Assembly (NCBI RefSeq): GCF_009914755.1
Contig: NC_060948.1
Reading direction: 5' to 3' (one strand)
DNA length: 64,000 bases
Source: the human T2T-CHM13v2.0 reference genome, Homo sapiens
Shown here: positions 56,301 to 64,000 of the stretch, in pieces
Layout of the letters: every line of letters begins with the position of its first letter
Position numbering within the stretch: position 1 is the stretch's first letter
Notes under the pieces: generated by a model
Database searches by the model: none
What the model saw: the letters and a program-made list of their open reading frames with translations, nothing else
Told to the model about the DNA's origin: nothing
Program-made: the position numbers and the translations under genes

Positions 56301-57581
56301 AAGGAATGGAATCGAATGGAAAGGAATCGAATGGAAGGGAATGAAATTGAATCAACAGGAATGGAAGGGAATAGAATAGACGGTAATGGAATGGACTCGA
56401 ATAGAATGGACACGAATGCTCAAATTGAATGGATTCGAATGGAATGGAAACGAAAGGAATGTCATCGAATGGAATTGAATCGATTGGAATGAAATCGCAT
56501 AGAATGGAGTGGAATCAAATGGAATTGAATCGAAAGGAAAGGAAGCGAATGGACTGAAATGAAATGGAATGGAATTGAATGGAAAGTAATGCAATGGAAT
56601 AGAATGGAACGAAATTTCACGGAATGGAATCAAACTGAATGGAATCAAATCAATGGAATCTAATCAAATGGAATGGAAAGGAATTGAATGGAGTAGATTG
56701 GATTGGATGGGATTGGAATGAAATGTACTGGAAAGGACTCGAATTTCATGAAACGGAATGGAATGAATTGGAACGGAATGGACTCGAATGGAATGGAATG
56801 TCATGGAATGGCATCGAATGGAATGGCATCAAATGGAATGGAATCGAATGCAATGGAATGTTATGGAATGGAATGGAATGCATTGGAATGGAATGTCCTC
56901 TAATGGAATGGATTCGAGTGGAATGGAATCGAATATAATGGAGTCGAATGAAATGGAATTGAAAGGAATGGGATCGAATAGAATGGAATATACTGGAATG
57001 TAATGTAATGAACACGAATGTAATTGACTGGAATGGAATGTACATGAATGGAAGGTAATCGAATGGAAAGTAATCCAATGGAATAGAATCTAATGCAATA
57101 AAACCGAATCAGATAGAGTAGAATGTAATGGAATGGAGTGCAGTGCAATGGAATGGAATGGAATTGAATGCAATGGAATGGAATGGAATGGAATGGAATG
57201 GAATGGAATGGAATGGAATGGAATGGTATGGAATGGATAGTAATGGACTGGAGTGAAATGGACTGGAAAGGAATGGACTCAAATTGAAAGGGCTCGAAAG
57301 GAATGGAGTCAAATGGAATGGTCTGGAATGGAATGAACACGAATGTAATGCAATCCAATAGAATGGAATCGAATGGCATGGAATATAAAGAAATGGAATC
57401 GAAGAGAATGGAAACAAATGGAATGGAATTGAATGGAATGGAATTGAATGGAATGGGAACGAATGGAGTGAAATTGTATGCAGTAGAAGGGAATAGAATG
57501 GAATGCAAGCGAAAGGAAAGGAATGGATTGGAATGGAATGGAATTCATTGGAATGGAAGGGAATGTAGTGTAATGGACAGG

Positions 57582-60500
57582 CCTGGAATAAAGTGGAATG
57601 CTACGGTCTCGAATGGAATAAAAATGTATGGAATGGAATGCAATGAAACGGAATCGAATGTCATAGAATGTAATGGAATGCAACAAAATGGAATCCAAAA
57701 TCATTGACTGGAAAGGCTGGGTGTCGAAAGGAATTGACTCCAATGGAATGGAATCGAATGGAATGGAAGTGAATAGAATCGAACTAAATCGAATGGAATG
57801 GAATTGATAGGAACGGAATGGAAAGGAATGCAATGATTTGGCATGGAATGGAATCGAATGGCATCGAATGGAATGGAATGGAATGCAATGGAATGGAATG
57901 TATTAGAATGGAATGAACTTTAATGGAATGTACTCGAATGGATTCGACTGGAATGGAATGTTCTGGAAGTGAATGGACTCCAATGGAATGGATTCAAAAG
58001 GAATGGAATCGTACGGAATGGAATCTAATGGAATGGAATTAAATGGAAATGAATCAAATTGAATAGCACGGAATTGAATTGAATGGAATGGAATGCAATG
58101 GAATCTAATGAAACGGAAAGGAAAGGAATGGAATGGAATGGAATGGGCTGGAATGGAAAGGAATCGAAACGAATGGAATGGAATCGAACTGAAGAGACTG
58201 GAATGGAATGCACTGGAATGGAAGGGAGTGTAATGGAAGGTTCTCGAAAAAAATGGAATCGAATGGAATGGAATTGAATGGAACGGAATAGAGTCGAATG
58301 GAATTGAATGGAATGGAATGGACTAGAGTGAAATGGAATCGAACCACAAGGAATGGACAGGAATAGAATGGTCTCGAATTGAATGGAATCGTATGGAATG
58401 GCATCAAACGGAATGGAATGGACAGCCACGGAATGGAATGCACTCGAATGCAATGGAGTCGAAACTAATGGACTGGAATAGAATGGACTCGACTGGTACG
58501 GACTCCAATGGAATGGAATCGAATGGAAGGGAATCGAACGGAATGGACTCGAAGGGAAAAGACTGCAATGGAAAGGTCTCGAATGGAATGGAAATTAATG
58601 GAATGGAATGGAATCGAATGAAATGGAGTCAAAAGGAATGGAATCGAATGGCAAGAAATCGAATGTAATGGAATCGCAAGGAATTGATGTGAACGGAACG
58701 GAATGGAATGGAATCCAAAGGAATGGAATAGAATGGAATGGAATCGAATGGAAAGGACTCGAATGGAAATCACTCGAATAGAATGCAATTTAATAAAATA
58801 GGATCAAATGTAATGGAATGGAATGGAAAGGAATCGAAACGAAAGGAATGGAGACAGATGGAATGGAATGGAACAGAGAGCAATGGTATAGAATGGAATG
58901 GAATCATCTGGAATGGAATTGAATGGAATGGAATAATATGAAATGGAATGGAATGGAATGGAATGGAATGCCCTTGAATTAAATGGACTGGAATGGAATG
59001 GACTCGAACAGAGTGGAATGGAAAGTGTTGAGATAGAATGGAATGGACTCCTTTGGAATGGTCTAGTATGCAATGCAATCGACTGTCAGGGAATCAAAAG
59101 GAATGTAATCGAATGGATTGGACTGGAATGCAATGGACTCGAATAGATTGGAAACGGAATGCAAAGGAATGGAATGGAATAGTATGGAATGGAATGGAAA
59201 GGAATGGAGTGGAATAGACTAGAGTGGAATGGAATGGACTGGAAAGCAATGGACTGGAATGGAACTTTCTTGAATGGACTGGAATCAAACGGAATGGAAT
59301 GCAATGCAATCAAATGGCATGGAATAAAATAGAATGAAAGAGAATCAAATGGAATTGAATCGAATGGAATCGAATGGATTGTAAAGGAATAGAATGGAAT
59401 GGAATGGAATTGACTCAAATGGAATGGACTAGAATGGAATGGATTCGAATGGAAGGCAAAGGAATGGAATCTATTGGAATGGACTGTAATGGAATGGAAT
59501 GGAAGGGATTGGAATGGACTCGAATGGAATGGACTGCAATAGAAAGGATTCGAATGGAATGAAAAAGAATTGAATGGAATAGAACAGAATGGAATCAAAT
59601 CGAATGAAATGGAATGGAATAGAAAGGAATGGAATGAAATGGAATGGAAAGGATTCGAATGGAATGCAATCGAATGGAATGGAATCGAACGGAATGGAAT
59701 AAAATGGAAGAAAACTGGCAAGAAATGGAATCGAAATGAATGGAGTGTTATGGAACGGACTCAAAAGGAATTGAATGTAATAGAATGGAGTGGAGTGGAC
59801 TCGAATATAATGGACTGGAATGGAATGAAATCACATGGAATGGGAACGAATGGAATGGAATGGAAAGGAATGGACTCGAATGGAAAGGAATCGAATGGAA
59901 GGGAATGAAATTGAATCAACAGGAATGGAAGGGAATAGAATAGACGGTAATGGAATGGACTCGAATAGAATGGACACGAATGCTCAAATTGAATGGATTC
60001 GAATGGAATGGAAACGAAAGGAATGTCATCGAATGGAATTGAATCGATTGGAATGAAATCGCATAGAATGGAGTGGAATCAAATGGAATTGAATCGAAAG
60101 GAAAGGAAGCGAATGGACTGAAATGAAATGGAATGGAATTGAATGGAAAGTAATGCAATGGAATAGAATGGAACGAAATTTCACGGAATGGAATCAAACT
60201 GAATGGAATCAAATCAATGGAATCTAATCAAATGGAATGGAAAGGAATTGAATGGAGTAGATTGGATTGGATGGGATTGGAATGAAATGTACTGGAAAGG
60301 ACTCGAATTTCATGAAACGGAATGGAATGAATTGGAACGGAATGGACTCGAATGGAATGGAATGTCATGGAATGGCATCGAATGGAATGGCATCAAATGG
60401 AATGGAATCGAATGCAATGGAATGTTATGGAATGGAATGGAATGCATTGGAATGGAATGTCCTCTAATGGAATGGATTCGAGTGGAATGGAATCGAATAT

Positions 60501-61145
60501 AATGGAGTCGAATGAAATGGAATTGAAAGGAATGGGATCGAATAGAATGGAATATACTGGAATGTAATGTAATGAACACGAATGTAATTGACTGGAATGG
60601 AATGTACATGAATGGAAGGTAATCGAATGGAAAGTAATCCAATGGAATAGAATCTAATGCAATAAAACCGAATCAGATAGAGTAGAATGTAATGGAATGG
60701 AGTGCAGTGCAATGGAATGGAATGGAATTGAATGCAATGGAATGGAATGGAATGGAATGGAATGGAATGGAATGGAATGGAATGGAATGGTATGGAATGG
60801 ATAGTAATGGACTGGAGTGAAATGGACTGGAAAGGAATGGACTCAAATTGAAAGGGCTCGAAAGGAATGGAGTCAAATGGAATGGTCTGGAATGGAATGA
60901 ACACGAATGTAATGCAATCCAATAGAATGGAATCGAATGGCATGGAATATAAAGAAATGGAATCGAAGAGAATGGAAACAAATGGAATGGAATTGAATGG
61001 AATGGAATTGAATGGAATGGGAACGAATGGAGTGAAATTGTATGCAGTAGAAGGGAATAGAATGGAATGCAAGCGAAAGGAAAGGAATGGATTGGAATGG
61101 AATGGAATTCATTGGAATGGAAGGGAATGTAGTGTAATGGACAGG
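57582..61145 (+). repeat. DYZ1: Last complete DYZ1 monomer (3564 bp, canonical length)
   Basis: GGCC at 57580 and 61144, spacing 3564 bp. Nearly identical to the following partial copy. Confidence 0.95.
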
Positions 61146-64000
61146 CCTGGAATAAAGTGGAATGCTACGGTCTCGAATGGAATAAAAATGTATGGAATGG
61201 AATGCAATGAAACGGAATCGAATGTCATAGAATGTAATGGAATGCAACAAAATGGAATCCAAAATCATTGACTGGAAAGGCTGGGTGTCGAAAGGAATTG
61301 ACTCCAATGGAATGGAATCGAATGGAATGGAAGTGAATAGAATCGAACTAAATCGAATGGAATGGAATTGATAGGAACGGAATGGAAAGGAATGCAATGA
61401 TTTGGCATGGAATGGAATCGAATGGCATCGAATGGAATGGAATGGAATGCAATGGAATGGAATGTATTAGAATGGAATGAACTTTAATGGAATGTACTCG
61501 AATGGATTCGACTGGAATGGAATGTTCTGGAAGTGAATGGACTCCAATGGAATGGATTCAAAAGGAATGGAATCGTACGGAATGGAATCTAATGGAATGG
61601 AATTAAATGGAAATGAATCAAATTGAATAGCACGGAATTGAATTGAATGGAATGGAATGCAATGGAATCTAATGAAACGGAAAGGAAAGGAATGGAATGG
61701 AATGGAATGGGCTGGAATGGAAAGGAATCGAAACGAATGGAATGGAATCGAACTGAAGAGACTGGAATGGAATGCACTGGAATGGAAGGGAGTGTAATGG
61801 AAGGTTCTCGAAAAAAATGGAATGGAATGGAATGGAATTGAATGGAACGGAATAGAGTCGAATGGAATTGAATGGAATGGAATGGACTAGAGTGAAATGG
61901 AATCGAACCACAAGGAATGGACAGGAATAGAATGGTCTCGAATTGAATGGAATCGTATGGAATGGCATCAAACGGAATGGAATGGACAGCCACGGAATGG
62001 AATGCACTCGAATGCAATGGAGTCGAAACTAATGGACTGGAATAGAATGGACTCGACTGGTACGGACTCCAATGGAATGGAATCGAATGGAAGGGAATCG
62101 AACGGAATGGACTCGAAGGGAAAAGACTGCAATGGAAAGGTCTCGAATGGAATGGAAATTAATGGAATGGAATGGAATCGAATGAAATGGAGTCAAAAGG
62201 AATGGAATCGAATGGCAAGAAATCGAATGTAATGGAATCGCAAGGAATTGATGTGAACGGAACGGAATGGAATGGAATCCAAAGGAATGGAATAGAATGG
62301 AATGGAATCGAATGGAAAGGACTCGAATGGAAATCACTCGAATAGAATGCAATTTAATAAAATAGGATCAAATGTAATGGAATGGAATGGAAAGGAATCG
62401 AAACGAAAGGAATGGAGACAGATGGAATGGAATGGAACAGAGAGCAATGGTATAGAATGGAATGGAATCATCTGGAATGGAATTGAATGGAATGGAATAA
62501 TATGAAATGGAATGGAATGGAATGGAATGGAATGCCCTTGAATTAAATGGACTGGAATGGAATGGACTCGAACAGAGTGGAATGGAAAGTGTTGAGATAG
62601 AATGGAATGGACTCCTTTGGAATGGTCTAGTATGCAATGCAATCGACTGTCAGGGAATCAAAAGGAATGTAATCGAATGGATTGGACTGGAATGCAATGG
62701 ACTCGAATAGATTGGAAACGGAATGCAAAGGAATGGAATGGAATAGTATGGAATGGAATGGAAAGGAATGGAGTGGAATAGACTAGAGTGGAATGGAATG
62801 GACTGGAAAGCAATGGACTGGAATGGAACTTTCTTGAATGGACTGGAATCAAACGGAATGGAATGCAATGCAATCAAATGGCATGGAATAAAATAGAATG
62901 AAAGAGAATGAAATGGAATTGAATCGAATGGAATCGAATGGATTGTAAAGGAATAGAATGGAATGGAATGGAATTGACTCAAATGGAATGGACTAGAATG
63001 GAATGGATTCGAATGGAAGGCAAAGGAATGGAATCTATTGGAATGGACTGTAATGGAATGGAATGGAAGGGATTGGAATGGACTCGAATGGAATGGACTG
63101 CAATAGAAAGGATTCGAATGGAATGAAAAAGAATTGAATGGAATAGAACAGAATGGAATCAAATCGAATGAAATGGAATGGAATAGAAAGGAATGGAATG
63201 AAATGGAATGGAAAGGATTCGAATGGAATGCAATCGAATGGAATGGAATCGAACGGAATGGAATAAAATGGAAGAAAACTGGCAAGAAATGGAATCGAAA
63301 TGAATGGAGTGTTATGGAACGGACTCAAAAGGAATTGAATGTAATAGAATGGAGTGGAGTGGACTCGAATATAATGGACTGGAATGGAATGAAATCACAT
63401 GGAATGGGAACGAATGGAATGGAATGGAAAGGAATGGAATCGAATGGAAAGGAATCGAATGGAAGGGAATGAAATTGAATCAACAGGAATGGAAGGGAAT
63501 AGAATAGACGGTAATGGAATGGACTCGAATAGAATGGACACGAATGCTCAAATTGAATGGATTCGAATGGAATGGAAACGAAAGGAATGTCATCGAATGG
63601 AATTGAATCGATTGGAATGAAATCGCATAGAATGGAGTGGAATCAAATGGAATTGAATCGAAAGGAAAGGAAGCGAATGGACTGAAATGAAATGGAATGG
63701 AATTGAATGGAAAGTAATGCAATGGAATAGAATGGAACGAAATTTCACGGAATGGAATCAAACTGAATGGAATCAAATCAATGGAATCTAATCAAATGGA
63801 ATGGAAAGGAATTGAATGGAGTAGATTGGATTGGATGGGATTGGAATGAAATGTACTGGAAAGGACTCGAATTTCATGAAACGGAATGGAATGAATTGGA
63901 ACGGAATGGACTCGAATGGAATGGAATGTCATGGAATGGCATCGAATGGAATGGCATCAAATGGAATGGAATCGAATGCAATGGAATGTTATGGAATGGA

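Larger units (their letters stand above)
1..64000 (+). repeat. DYZ1: Human Satellite 3 (HSat3) DYZ1 tandem array, Yq12-type; ~18 head-to-tail ~3.56 kb monomers, GGAAT-rich strand on +
   Basis: Seen: degenerate TGGAA/TCGAA/TGGAC/TGCAA pentamers end to end. The landmark GGACAGG(C/T)CTGG recurs with its GGCC position at 612, 4171, 7715, 11284, 14853, 18427, 21991 (GGTC), 25545, 29104, 32668, 36232, 39786, 43350, 46904, 50453, 54011, 57580, 61144. Spacings are 3559, 3544, 3569, 3569, 3574, 3564, 3554, 3559, 3564, 3564, 3554, 3564, 3554, 3549, 3558, 3569, 3564. Established: DYZ1 is a ~3564 bp HaeIII/EcoRI monomer of TTCCA pentamers. The reverse complement from 613 reads CCTGTCCATTACACTACATTCCCTTCCATTCCAATGAATTCC, which I recall as the start of the DYZ1 monomer (not database-checked). 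Confidence 0.96.

Noticed and set aside
117-63776. Hundreds of 60-318 aa ORFs on both strands (MEWNG- and FHSIP-repeat peptides)
   Set aside because: They are the direct translation of (GGAAT)n/(ATTCC)n, which has no stop codon in its pure form. The ORFs overlap in all frames, repeat every monomer, and are broken or fused by 5-bp indels and point changes, with no domain-like sequence.
1-64000. CRISPR-like or other prokaryotic repeat-spacer system
   Set aside because: There are no constant repeats separated by unique spacers and no cas or other genes. Everything is pentamer-derived and recurs at ~3.56 kb.
1-64000. DYZ2/HSat1B, Alu or L1 insertion, inversion breakpoint or unique-sequence island
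   Set aside because: I read through the window and saw no AT-rich DYZ2 or Alu sequence and no switch to ATTCC on the + strand. Monomer spacing leaves no room for an insertion larger than 15 bp.
1-64000. HSat2 or an autosomal HSat3 array (e.g. chr9) as the identity
   Set aside because: The HSat2 CATTCGATTC-dominated pattern with its ~1.8 kb units is not seen. The 3.56 kb period with single HaeIII/EcoRI sites and the recalled DYZ1 primer sites favour DYZ1, and a BLAST against T2T-Y would settle it.

Overview
The whole 64 kb is one uninterrupted, head-to-tail satellite array built from a degenerate (GGAAT)n/(ATTCC)n pentamer and organised into about 18 copies of a ~3.56 kb monomer. Each monomer has one EcoRI site and normally one HaeIII site. 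The monomer length, the restriction landmarks and the sequence around the HaeIII site match, from recall, human Satellite 3 DYZ1 of Yq12 heterochromatin. I see no credible genes, RNA genes, transposons, DYZ2/Alu segments, CRISPR arrays or inversions, and every ORF in the track is a translation artefact of the pentamer. I found no new gene system. The signal worth a second look is structural and regulatory: (i) three perfect nGAAnnTTCnnGAAn heat-shock elements per monomer; (ii) pentamer-register conservation, with a compensating -1/+1 indel pair; (iii) a length-neutral 3-base change that looks copied from 30 bp downstream; (iv) haplotype blocks, a reverted island and mosaic monomers that record array turnover; (v) one hypervariable pure-GGAAT tract that accounts for most monomer length variation. 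All comparisons were made by eye.
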